DNA of 35,905 nucleotides from Candidatus Moraniibacteriota bacterium (GTDB lineage: Bacteria > Patescibacteriota > Minisyncoccia > Moranbacterales > UBA1568): NCBI GenBank assembly GCA_041908545.1, contig JAYRFE010000082.1, positions 1 to 35,905 on the forward strand, given 5' to 3'. Below the pieces are notes generated by a model. The model was not told the origin of the DNA. It saw nothing but the letters and a program-made list of their open reading frames with translations, and ran no database searches. The translations under genes and the position numbers were made by a program. This document shows positions 24,832 to 33,198 of this stretch, piece after piece (the first letter of the stretch is position 1; the number at the start of each line of letters is the position of its first letter).

Positions 24832-25318
24832 CCGGGATATCGTATTGATCATTCATAATGTCCGGGGTGCCGCGAATGTCGGCTCGATGTTTCGTTCGGC
24901 TGACGGTGCTGGAGTAAGGGAAATCTGGTTGACAGGATATACTCCCTGTCCGGCTGGTCTGGATCGGAAATACCTGACGAAGGCAGAGAAATCTCTTGCT
25001 AAGACGGCGCTTGGTGCAGAAAATTCTGTCGCATGGAGGAAGGAGACAAGCTTCAGGGCCGTAGCGATAAGGTTGCGTGCATCGGGTTATCGGATAGTCG
25101 GGCTCGAACAGGATGAGAAATCGGTCCCTTTGCGAATGATAGGAGGGAACCATCCTCTGGCTTTGGTCGTCGGAAACGAAGTGAAGGGTCTTCATAGGCT
25201 CATTCTTGATCAGTGTGACGTGATCGGAGAGCTTCCGATGCAGGGAAAGAAGAATTCGTTGAATGTTTCCGTCGCCTGCGGCATTGCGCTTTATACCCTT
25301 CACGGTATAATGGAGTGA
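24806..25318 (+). CDS. TrmH/SpoU-family RNA 2'-O-methyltransferase
   Basis: SpoU motifs: NVGSMFRSADGAGV, LVVGNEVKGL, and IPMQGKKNSLNVSVACGIALY (trefoil-knot region). It overlaps the preceding gene by 26 nt. Confidence 0.85.
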   Translation: MNMLKENSSRDIVLIIHNVRGAANVGSMFRSADGAGVREIWLTGYTPCPAGLDRKYLTKAEKSLAKTALGAENSVAWRKETSFRAVAIRLRASGYRIVGLEQDEKSVPLRMIGGNHPLALVVGNEVKGLHRLILDQCDVIGELPMQGKKNSLNVSVACGIALYTLHGIME

Positions 25319-25337
25319 AGAAAAGTAAAAAAAAAGT

Positions 25338-27029
25338 ATGGTCAAAAATATCGGCAGGACTCAGGTAGGAATGGGTCTTGTAGCGGGTATCGGGGTCTTA
25401 TTTTTTTCAGCGTTTCTTTCGAATGCGAGGGCATTCGTCCAGGAATCAGGGACGTCATCCGTGAAGGATGATTTCAGCCAATACTCGTATCCATATCCTC
25501 CGGAAAATGAAGGGTCTGGGTTGGCAATTCCTTCGACTGGCGGTATGACAGGGGATTCTTCTTCTTGGACCAGAGAAACAGACAGTCCTGGTTCGTCCGT
25601 CATTGGAGGGAGCGCGAAAATAGCAGATAGGACTCCGCCGACCCCACCGACGAATCTTTTGGCTGGACAGGCGGATGGCCAGAATGCGGTCCTGCTCTGG
25701 TGGAGCGCGTCCAGGGACGCGTCCGGAGTTCGGAAATATCTCGTGTATCGGAACGGTGTCAAACTTGCGGAATCGGTAACGACGAAATATTTGGATACGT
25801 CGGTTTCTATCGGCGGACAGTATATCTATTTCATTGTCGCTCAGGATATGGCCGGAAACATATCCGAACGAAGTAAGGCATCGGCGTTGTCTTTTCCGGT
25901 AGTAACGACCAAGGCGGTTCCGACCGTTCCATCCGGAGAGGAAGGGCGAATGGCGGAGAGCGTTTCTGGGGGGGCGAATGTAGATTCGGGAGAGACATCG
26001 GTGGTCACTACCCCGGTTCCTGGGGGGAATCCTGATCGGCCGACACAAGAGGGTGGAACTCGATATGACGATGGAGGGATGGTCTATCCGGGTTCAGGAA
26101 CGGGATCGAGTGCAACGGTAACCGTTCACGATGATACGAATAAGGTATCGGTACTCGTCGCCTCGGGATCCTCGGGTGTTCCGGGGACTCTCCTGGGATC
26201 GGTTGTGGTGAAGAATGGAGCGCCTGGTTCTTGGATTCAGGAGACAGCTAAGAAGGGAAAGGAAGTCTCTTCTCAGAAATCCGTTTCTTCGGCATCCGTT
26301 CCGATTCCATCCGTTGAAAGTACGGCGGATCAGGACGAGGATGGTCTTCCGGATGCGGAAGAAACGCGGCGCGGAACCGATCCGAGCAGGGGGGATACCG
26401 ATGGGGACGGTTTTTCCGATGGAGATGAGGTGAGGAGCGGATATAATCCGTTGAAGTACTCGGTTGACGATACGGGAGACAGGGTCGTGTTTCAATCACC
26501 GAAAGAGACTCAAAAGAAACAGGGAAGAGTCACGGAGCAATTGCCGCCTACTGATCCGATGACTCGAACTGCCGGGTATCAGGTTCAGAAAGTCGAGAGG
26601 GTGAATTACGAGGGCGGGAAGCAGATAATTCAACTTTCCGGGACAGCGACTCCGAATTCGTTTGTGACCGTATATTTGTACAGCGATCCGGTAATCGCTA
26701 TCGTAGAGACGGATGCATCGGGTAATTGGACATACGGTTTCGATAGTCAGCTTGAAGATGGTAGTCATGAAGCCTATGTTGCGGCTACGGATAACGAAGG
26801 TCGAATTATGACCCAAAGCGAATCATTTTCATTCGTGAAGACAGCTGGAGCGGTCACCGTTTCCGCCGTTCCGGAGAATGCCCCGATAGAGACCTCTCAG
26901 ATGTCCGAGGAAAAGGTGTTTTCCGTTGATAAGACCGTAACTGTCGGGATAATCACTATGACCATTCTTTCTCTCGGAGGAATCACCGTCTGGCATTTCG
27001 TGAGAAGGGCGCGCAAAGGCGTAGTTTGA
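25338..27029 (+). CDS. Large cell-surface protein: signal peptide, FN3-like domain, TSP3 Ca-binding repeats, Ig-like domain, C-terminal TM anchor
   Basis: FN3-like segment: PPTPPTNLLAGQADGQNAVLLWWSASRDASGVRKYLVYRNG. TSP3 repeats: DQDEDGLPDAEETRRGTDPSRGDTDGDGFSDGDEVRSGYNPL. Ig-like segment: GTATPNSFVTVYLYSDPVIAIVETDASGNWTY...HEAYVAATDNEG. C-terminal anchor: VGIITMTILSLGGITVWHFVRRARKG. Confidence 0.75.
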   Translation: MVKNIGRTQVGMGLVAGIGVLFFSAFLSNARAFVQESGTSSVKDDFSQYSYPYPPENEGSGLAIPSTGGMTGDSSSWTRETDSPGSSVIGGSAKIADRTPPTPPTNLLAGQADGQNAVLLWWSASRDASGVRKYLVYRNGVKLAESVTTKYLDTSVSIGGQYIYFIVAQDMAGNISERSKASALSFPVVTTKAVPTVPSGEEGRMAESVSGGANVDSGETSVVTTPVPGGNPDRPTQEGGTRYDDGGMVYPGSGTGSSATVTVHDDTNKVSVLVASGSSGVPGTLLGSVVVKNGAPGSWIQETAKKGKEVSSQKSVSSASVPIPSVESTADQDEDGLPDAEETRRGTDPSRGDTDGDGFSDGDEVRSGYNPLKYSVDDTGDRVVFQSPKETQKKQGRVTEQLPPTDPMTRTAGYQVQKVERVNYEGGKQIIQLSGTATPNSFVTVYLYSDPVIAIVETDASGNWTYGFDSQLEDGSHEAYVAATDNEGRIMTQSESFSFVKTAGAVTVSAVPENAPIETSQMSEEKVFSVDKTVTVGIITMTILSLGGITVWHFVRRARKGVV

Positions 27030-27065
27030 CCGTATCCATAACGGGGTTTTCTTTTGAGATATTCT

Positions 27066-27791
27066 ATGCAAGGAAAGGCGTTGAAATTAGCCGTTTTTGA
27101 TATTGACGGGACCATATTTCGGAAGAATCTTCATTTCGAACTCATCAACGAGCTTGCTTGGATGAAAATTTTTCCGTTGGATGCCCGCCGGCAGCTCATT
27201 GAGATTTATACGAGCTGGGTGGAACATGAAGGTACATATGAGCAGTATCGTCGTGCATTGGTGAATCTCTATTCCGAGCACATTGCCGGTTGTCGGAAGA
27301 GTGACGTGCTGCGAGCAAGCAAGATCGTCGTGCCATTCCATGCCAAGCGGACCTATGTATTCGCTGAGAACCTTATCAAAAAATTGCGTTCCGAAGGTTA
27401 TCATCTGATCGCTGTTTCCGGGTCGCCGAGCGAAGTGGTTGAGGAATACAATGCGCATTATCTCAAATTCGATGCCGCATTCGGAAGTATTTATGAGTTG
27501 AATGATCAGGACGTATATACGGGAGTCGCCGCATTCGAGCCTTCGAGAAACAAGGGAGAAGTGGTGAAACAATATGTCTATGAACACGGGCTTTCCCTGG
27601 AAGATTCATATGGTATCGGTGATACCGAGTCTGACGGAAGCTTCCTCCGGCTCGTGGAACATCCTATCGCCTTCAACCCGAATCAGAATCTTAAGGAACA
27701 GGCAGAGAAAGAGCGGTGGCGCATCGTCGTCGAAAAGAAAGATGTTATTTATGAGATCCTCCAGGATACGGCTGTTTTCCTGAAAGGATGA
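27066..27791 (+). CDS. HAD-IB family hydrolase (phosphoserine-phosphatase-like)
   Basis: Motif I FDIDGT, motif II VSGS, and motif IV GDTESD. The track start is a TTG at 27054; I prefer the ATG at 27066. Confidence 0.8.
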   Translation: MQGKALKLAVFDIDGTIFRKNLHFELINELAWMKIFPLDARRQLIEIYTSWVEHEGTYEQYRRALVNLYSEHIAGCRKSDVLRASKIVVPFHAKRTYVFAENLIKKLRSEGYHLIAVSGSPSEVVEEYNAHYLKFDAAFGSIYELNDQDVYTGVAAFEPSRNKGEVVKQYVYEHGLSLEDSYGIGDTESDGSFLRLVEHPIAFNPNQNLKEQAEKERWRIVVEKKDVIYEILQDTAVFLKG

Positions 27792-27804
27792 ATATATTCA
27801 GGGT

Positions 27805-27918
27805 ATGAACTTAAATGCCGATATCGATAAATTCCTCAAGCGGACACTCTGGCTCTGGTTGCCGTTCTATGCTTTCGTGCTCCTTATCAGAGAAGTCCGC
27901 GGGAAATTCAGGAATTGA
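27805..27918 (+). CDS. Possible 37-aa single-TM micro-protein
   Basis: Hand-translated ATG...TGA gives MNLNADIDKFLKRTLWLWLPFYAFVLLIREVRGKFRN. It exactly fills the gap between the HAD and VanZ genes and is too short for the ORF track. There is no independent support. Confidence 0.25.
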   Translation: MNLNADIDKFLKRTLWLWLPFYAFVLLIREVRGKFRN

Positions 27919-27927
27919 GAGACGAGT

Positions 27928-28353
27928 ATGAAGAAACGGTCGGGAAACCAGGGGGTGATTCTCACTCGTGGAGCCATGCTGCTTGTCTGGATGGGAGTCA
28001 TGTTCTTTTTTTCATCCATGCCGGGATCGGGAGGTTTTTATGATCCGCCGGTGTGGTATATTCTCGAAAGGAAAGGAGCGCATATTTTTGAGTTTGCATT
28101 GTTATCCGTTCTCGCCTTCCGTTTTTTTCGTATCCTGTTTGTTCGGGCATCATGGCGAAATATCATAGTTCTCTCAGCGGTATTCGTTTTCATGTACGGT
28201 GCGCTTGATGAATTGCATCAAGCATTCGTTTTCGGTCGAGGGAGCCGGATATCCGATGTGGGCATAGACGTTTTCGGTTCCGTAATCGGTCTTGGCGTGA
28301 TTTGGAGCATTTTCTCCGTTTCGTCACTCAGAAAATTCAAAAAAATGCTATAA
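27928..28353 (+). CDS. VanZ-like family membrane protein
   Basis: Four TM helices and the VanZ-type motif GALDELHQAFVFGRGSRISDVGIDVFGSVIG. Confidence 0.8.
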   Translation: MKKRSGNQGVILTRGAMLLVWMGVMFFFSSMPGSGGFYDPPVWYILERKGAHIFEFALLSVLAFRFFRILFVRASWRNIIVLSAVFVFMYGALDELHQAFVFGRGSRISDVGIDVFGSVIGLGVIWSIFSVSSLRKFKKML

Positions 28354-28387
28354 TGCGTTCGGGTGAAGAGATGAAAACAAAAATAAC

Positions 28388-30139
28388 ATGCACATCGCCG
28401 TCCAACAACTGAAAGATTTCCTTCTTGATTCCGGATTGTTGTCGAAAGAGAAGGTGGAAGAGGCTATTGTCCAGTCGGGAGAGAAGAAACAGGAGCTTGG
28501 GCAATATTTGCTTGATCAGGGTCTTCTGCAGTCAGCCGAATTGCAGAAGGTGTACGCGTATGTCCTCGGAATTCCGTTCGTCGATCTTTCCAAGGAAACG
28601 ATACCTTTCGAGGTGCTTCAGATCATTCCTGAGCCGATTGCGAAGAAGGCGAATATTGTTTCTTTCGAAAAGGAAGGGAATGATCTGAAGGTCGCGATGT
28701 CGAACCCGGAAGATCTCCAGACGATTGATTTCATCAAGAAGAAGACGGGATTGAAGATCATTCCCTGTCTGGCGACCCAAGAAAGCATACAAGCCGCTTT
28801 GCATCAGTACGAGAAGAGTCTGAAAGCGGAATTCGGTGATATCCTGACGGGAGAGGTGCAGCCGGGGAATACGAAACAGGATGAGGAAAGCGCTGAAGCG
28901 TTGGCTTCGGGGTTGCCGATTATCCGTATCGTCGATACGCTCCTGAAACACGCCATCCTTCAGTCGGCTTCGGATATCCATATCGAACCGGATGAGAAGG
29001 AGGTGCATGTCCGATACCGTATCGATGGTGTCCTGCATGAAACGATGACACTTCCCAAGGATACGGCGGCCGGTATCGTGGCCCGTATCAAGGTATTGTC
29101 CAATCTGAAGCTCGATGAACATCGTATTCCGCAGGACGGTCGTTTCAAGATCGAGAAGGACGATTACAAGATCTCTTTCCGGGTGAGTTTGCTTCCGGTT
29201 TTCGATGGGGAGAAGGTCGTTATGCGTCTTTTGGATGAGGGTGCAAAAGGATTGACACTTGAGAAAATGGGTTTGTCCGGAAAGGCACTTGAAAGTGTGC
29301 ATCGGGAAATCAAAAAACCGAATGGAATGATTCTCGTGACTGGTCCGACTGGTTCCGGAAAGACGACGACGCTGTATACGATTATGGATATCCTGAATAC
29401 GCCCGAGGTGAATATCAGTACGGTAGAAGATCCGGTCGAGTATCGGATGCCGCGAGTGAATCAGACGCAGATCAACCCGAAGGTCGGGATGACTTTCGCG
29501 GCAGGATTGCGTTCGCTTCTGCGTCAGGATCCGGACATCATCATGGTCGGGGAAATCCGCGATTCTGAAACACTCGAAATCGCTTTGAATGCTGCGATGA
29601 CCGGGCACCTGGTTCTCTCGACGTTGCATACCAATTCCGCCGCCGCCGCGTTGCCGCGTATGTTGGATATGGGCGCGGAACCATTCTTGATCGCATCGAC
29701 GGCCAATGTCATCATCGCTCAGCGTTTGGTCCGGAAGCTTTGCCCGGATTGCCGGAAACCGTATCAGCTTGATGAAAAACAATTGGTTTCGCTTGGGAAG
29801 AGTTATGATGTCGATGCCCTTTTCGTGACCATGCAGAAAAATCCGGAAATTTCCAAGATTATTGGGTCGGCGAAAAGCTTGCGGGAGGCCACTTTTTATT
29901 CGATAGGAGGGTGTGACCAATGCGGCGGCGAAGGGTATCGCGGTCGACTCGGTATCTATGAGGCGCTTGAGATGGAGACGAACATCCGGAAGTTGGTGAC
30001 ACATTCCGCCACGAGCGAAGAGATTGAGACGGTCGCCCGGAAGGAAAATGGCATGTATACGATGGTGGAAGACGGTTTTCTGAAAGCCGTCCAGGGAATG
30101 ACGACTCTTGAGGAAATCATGCGCGTGACCAAGGAATAG
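28388..30139 (+). CDS. pilB: Type IV pilus assembly ATPase (PilB/GspE family)
   Basis: N-terminal GSPII_E_N-like domain. Walker A (GPTGSGKTTT), Walker B (IIMVGEIRD) and His box (GHLVLSTLHTN). Tetracysteine motif CPDC...CDQC. Confidence 0.9.
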   Translation: MHIAVQQLKDFLLDSGLLSKEKVEEAIVQSGEKKQELGQYLLDQGLLQSAELQKVYAYVLGIPFVDLSKETIPFEVLQIIPEPIAKKANIVSFEKEGNDLKVAMSNPEDLQTIDFIKKKTGLKIIPCLATQESIQAALHQYEKSLKAEFGDILTGEVQPGNTKQDEESAEALASGLPIIRIVDTLLKHAILQSASDIHIEPDEKEVHVRYRIDGVLHETMTLPKDTAAGIVARIKVLSNLKLDEHRIPQDGRFKIEKDDYKISFRVSLLPVFDGEKVVMRLLDEGAKGLTLEKMGLSGKALESVHREIKKPNGMILVTGPTGSGKTTTLYTIMDILNTPEVNISTVEDPVEYRMPRVNQTQINPKVGMTFAAGLRSLLRQDPDIIMVGEIRDSETLEIALNAAMTGHLVLSTLHTNSAAAALPRMLDMGAEPFLIASTANVIIAQRLVRKLCPDCRKPYQLDEKQLVSLGKSYDVDALFVTMQKNPEISKIIGSAKSLREATFYSIGGCDQCGGEGYRGRLGIYEALEMETNIRKLVTHSATSEEIETVARKENGMYTMVEDGFLKAVQGMTTLEEIMRVTKE

Positions 30140-30174
30140 GGAAAGAATGAGTCGTCGTGAAGGGTCGCACTTTT

Positions 30175-31677
30175 TTATTCTTTGCTTTTGAATTCATTGC
30201 GGAATTCGCGCCGTATGTGCGATTTCGCATTGGAAGTTTTGACGAAATTGAGCCAGTCCCGCGAGGGCTTTTTCTTTTCCTTGACGGTGAGGATATCGAC
30301 GACTTGACCGTTCTCGATCCGTGAATTGAGAGGGACCATTTTACGGTCGACTTTTGCTCCGACCGCCCGGTGTCCGATTTCGCTGTGGATGGCATAGGCG
30401 AAATCGATAGGCGTGGAATCTTCGGGAAGTTCGATGATATCACCTTTCGGAGTGAAGGCGAAGATATGGTTCTTGAAGAACTCGATCTTGAGTCCCTGCA
30501 TGAATTCCTCGTCGTTCCGTCCGATTTCCCGTTGCCATTCCTTGAGCTGATTGACCCAGGCGAGTTCTTTCGGTGGAGCTTGTCTCGGTGAGCCGCGATG
30601 TTTGAAGAAAAGATTTCTCCAGCTGCGCCGTTCTTTTTCGGTGTATATCCAGTGAGCCGCGATGCCGTATTCCGATTCATCATGCATTTTCTGGGTTCGG
30701 ATCTGGACTTCGAGAATCCTGCCTTCCGGACCGAAGATGGTGGTATGGAGCGATTGATAGCCGTTCGGTTTCGGGAGGGAGATATAGTCTTTGATGCGGC
30801 CGACCATCGGACGGTACAGCTTATGGACGATGCCGAGGGATTCGTAGCAGTCGGCGATTTCCGGCACGATGATACGGATCGCGACGAGGTCGTAGACGCG
30901 AGCGATGTCCATATCATGTTTTTTGAGTTTTTGGAAAAGCCGGTAGAGGTGTTTGGTCCGTCCGTGAATATCGAGAATACGGACTCCTTCCTTGTCGAGC
31001 TCGGTCTTGAAGAGGGCGACGATTCTCGTGATATACAAGTCTCCTTCTCGGAGATAGGTCTCCTGGATCTTTTTCGTGAGAGCATAATTTTCCGGGTCAA
31101 GGTAGCGGAAACAGAGATCCTCGAGTTCGCCTTTGAGTTCGCCGATACCGAGCCGATTGGCGATCTGGGCGTACACTTCCATGGTCTCGCGGGCGATGCG
31201 CTCCTGTTTCTCCCGGGGAACATGCTCGAGCGTACGCATGTTGTGGAGTCGGTCGGCAAGCTTGATGATGACGACGCGGATATCGCGGGCCATGGCTAGG
31301 AACATTTTGCGGAGATTTTCAAGATAGAGCTCCTCTTTGGTTCCGCGGAGCTTGATCTTGCCGAGTTTGGTGATGCCATCGACAAGATACGCGATTTCAT
31401 TCCCGAATTTTTTCTCGATTTCCGTCAGCGTGACCTCGGTATCTTCAGGAACATCATGGAGAAGTCCTGCCGCGATGGTCCGCGCGTCCATACCGATTTC
31501 GCGAAGGGTGAGTCCGACGGCAAGACAGTGGGTGATATAAGGTTCGCCGGAACGTCGTCGTTGTTCCCGATGGGCTTTTTCGGCGAAGGCGTACGCATCG
31601 CTGATGAGTTTCTCATCGTCACTTGAGAAGGGCGCATTGCCGGCGGACAGGATCTCTTTGAGAGTGGGCGTGTACAT
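30175..31677 (-). CDS. rel: Bifunctional RelA/SpoT-homologue (p)ppGpp synthetase/hydrolase, short form (HD + synthetase + TGS only)
   Basis: HD domain (HCLAVG...LLHDVPEDT). Synthetase domain (GRTKHLYRLFQKL...YDLVAIRIIV...GYQSLHTTI). TGS domain (IFAFTPKGDIIELPEDSTPIDFAYAIHSEIG). The protein ends about 40 aa after TGS. Confidence 0.9.
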   Translation of the reverse strand: MYTPTLKEILSAGNAPFSSDDEKLISDAYAFAEKAHREQRRRSGEPYITHCLAVGLTLREIGMDARTIAAGLLHDVPEDTEVTLTEIEKKFGNEIAYLVDGITKLGKIKLRGTKEELYLENLRKMFLAMARDIRVVIIKLADRLHNMRTLEHVPREKQERIARETMEVYAQIANRLGIGELKGELEDLCFRYLDPENYALTKKIQETYLREGDLYITRIVALFKTELDKEGVRILDIHGRTKHLYRLFQKLKKHDMDIARVYDLVAIRIIVPEIADCYESLGIVHKLYRPMVGRIKDYISLPKPNGYQSLHTTIFGPEGRILEVQIRTQKMHDESEYGIAAHWIYTEKERRSWRNLFFKHRGSPRQAPPKELAWVNQLKEWQREIGRNDEEFMQGLKIEFFKNHIFAFTPKGDIIELPEDSTPIDFAYAIHSEIGHRAVGAKVDRKMVPLNSRIENGQVVDILTVKEKKKPSRDWLNFVKTSNAKSHIRREFRNEFKSKE

Positions 31678-31726
31678 ATGGGGTATTCGGATATGAATTT
31701 CGTTTTTCAGGATAAGTATAGCAGAT

Positions 31727-31756
31727 TTGACAGATGCAACTAAGTTGCGTTAATAT
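31727..31756 (+). promoter_or_regulatory. zur promoter TTGACA-18 nt-TAATAT with an embedded palindrome GCAAC-TAA-GTTGC (31736-31748)
   Basis: A perfect -35 (TTGACA) at 31727-31732 and TAATAT at 31751-31756. The 13-bp palindrome fills the spacer. A strong Shine-Dalgarno (GAAGGAGGA) lies at 31772-31780. Confidence 0.45.
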
Positions 31757-31783
31757 GTACAACGTAATATTGAAGGAGGAGAT

Positions 31784-32206
31784 ATGCATGAGGATAGGGA
31801 TTTTTTGTCGGAATTGCGAGGACGGGGATTCCGTATGACGAAGGCGCGCAGTGCCATCGTGGCGTTCCTTGCTCGTATCGATGCGCCGCAGTCGATACCG
31901 GAAATCTCGGAAGCGCTTCGGAAAACGGGACTGGTGTTCAATAAAACGACGGTATACCGCGAATTGGCATTCCTGGTCAAAGAGGGGATCGCGAAAGAAG
32001 TCCGTGTTTCCGATGAAAAGCGTTATTATGAACTTGTCGGCGAGCATCATCACCATACGATCTGCGTGAGCTGCGGAGATATCCGGGATGTCCTGTTTCG
32101 GGAAAACCTGCTTCATGTGGAGCGTATGCTTTCCGAGCGGGACGGGTTTCGGGTTTTGGAACATTCGTTGGAATTTTTCGGGCTTTGTTCGGAGTGTAAG
32201 TCATGA
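31784..32206 (+). CDS. zur: Fur-family metalloregulator, probably Zur
   Basis: Winged-helix N-terminus. HHHHTICVSCG and GLCSECK metal-site motifs. The stop overlaps the znuA start (ATGA). The Zur assignment comes from this context. Confidence 0.8.
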   Translation: MHEDRDFLSELRGRGFRMTKARSAIVAFLARIDAPQSIPEISEALRKTGLVFNKTTVYRELAFLVKEGIAKEVRVSDEKRYYELVGEHHHHTICVSCGDIRDVLFRENLLHVERMLSERDGFRVLEHSLEFFGLCSECKS

Positions 32207-33198
32207 ACGATAAATATATGCGGCATAGAATTTTTTTCGGACTCGTCATCGCGGGAATTGGCATATCGGGCCTTGTCGTTTCGATGTTTTTTTTGAAACC
32301 GGAATCGCCCCGATCGGAAAATGATCCGGGACATCCACTTCAGGTTGTCGCCTCTTTTTTTCCGTATGCTGAATTCGCGCGCGTCGTAGCCGGAGAAACC
32401 GCTTCCGTGACGACGCTGGTTCCATCCGGGGTGGAACCGCATGATTTTGAGCCGACTCCTCGAGACATGGAAAAGCTGTATCGGGCCGATGTCGTGATCC
32501 TGAACGGCGCAGGTATCGATGCATGGGCCGAAAAACTCGTGCCGGAACTCGCGCGACGCGGTATCCGTGTCGTACGTATGACGGATTTCATGGATCCGTT
32601 GCCGGTCACCGAAGAATCGCATGAACCCGGAGTATCCGAAGACGATGCGCACGATGCGCACGAGGAATCCGGACTCGACCCTCATTTCTGGTTGGATCCG
32701 GTATTGGCAGAAACGCAGATCGAACGGATCGCGGAAGCATTTTCGGAGACTGATCCGATACATCGGACACAGTATGAATCCCGAAAAGAGACGGCTGTCG
32801 AAGCGCTCCGATCGCTTGATCAGGAATATGTTTCCGGTCTGCGAACTTGTCGCCTGCGCACCGTCGTAACCGCGCACGATGCCTTTACCTATCTCGCAAA
32901 AAGGTACACACTGGAAGTAGTTTCGATCGCCGGACTTTCTCCGAATGCCGAGCCATCTCCGGGACGCATGGTTGAAATCATTCGTCTGGTCCGCGAACGG
33001 GATATCCGATATATTTTCTTCGAGACGCTTTCGAGTCCGAAGCTTTCCGAGACCCTCGCACGAGAGGCAGGTATCGGGACGCTGGTCTTCAATCCGATCG
33101 AAGGGGGAATGATCGGGGAAGATGGATCTCCGGAAACCTACTTCGGTCTCATGCGTCAGAATCTCACTCATTTACGTACAGCACTCGAATGTCTCTAG
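32203..33198 (+). CDS. znuA: Metal (probably zinc) ABC transporter substrate-binding protein, TroA/ZnuA family
   Basis: N-terminal TM anchor and the DPHFWLDP motif. A His/Asp/Glu-rich loop (EESHEPGVSEDDAHDAHEESG) is typical of ZnuA. Confidence 0.8.
   Translation: MNDKYMRHRIFFGLVIAGIGISGLVVSMFFLKPESPRSENDPGHPLQVVASFFPYAEFARVVAGETASVTTLVPSGVEPHDFEPTPRDMEKLYRADVVILNGAGIDAWAEKLVPELARRGIRVVRMTDFMDPLPVTEESHEPGVSEDDAHDAHEESGLDPHFWLDPVLAETQIERIAEAFSETDPIHRTQYESRKETAVEALRSLDQEYVSGLRTCRLRTVVTAHDAFTYLAKRYTLEVVSIAGLSPNAEPSPGRMVEIIRLVRERDIRYIFFETLSSPKLSETLAREAGIGTLVFNPIEGGMIGEDGSPETYFGLMRQNLTHLRTALECL

Noticed and set aside
28532-30004. Very long antisense ORFs opposite clearly conserved genes. Examples are 490 aa opposite pilB, 375 aa opposite nrdD (13359-14486), 352 aa opposite znuA (32113-33171), 337 aa opposite the PAS-sigma gene (11219-12232), and 300 aa opposite apbE (406-1308). 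Others lie at 2382-3215, 7124-7909, 24533-25345, 33357-34265 and 34872-35684.
   Set aside because: The sense strand carries unambiguous catalytic motifs in every case. The antisense products are R/S/P/H-rich with no motifs, no start signals and no TM or domain logic. They most likely arise because codon usage suppresses stop codons on the opposite strand.
30117-31259. A 380-aa ORF on the same strand as rel but in another frame.
   Set aside because: The product is an S/R/T/K-rich low-complexity translation. The rel frame carries HD, synthetase and TGS motifs across the same DNA.
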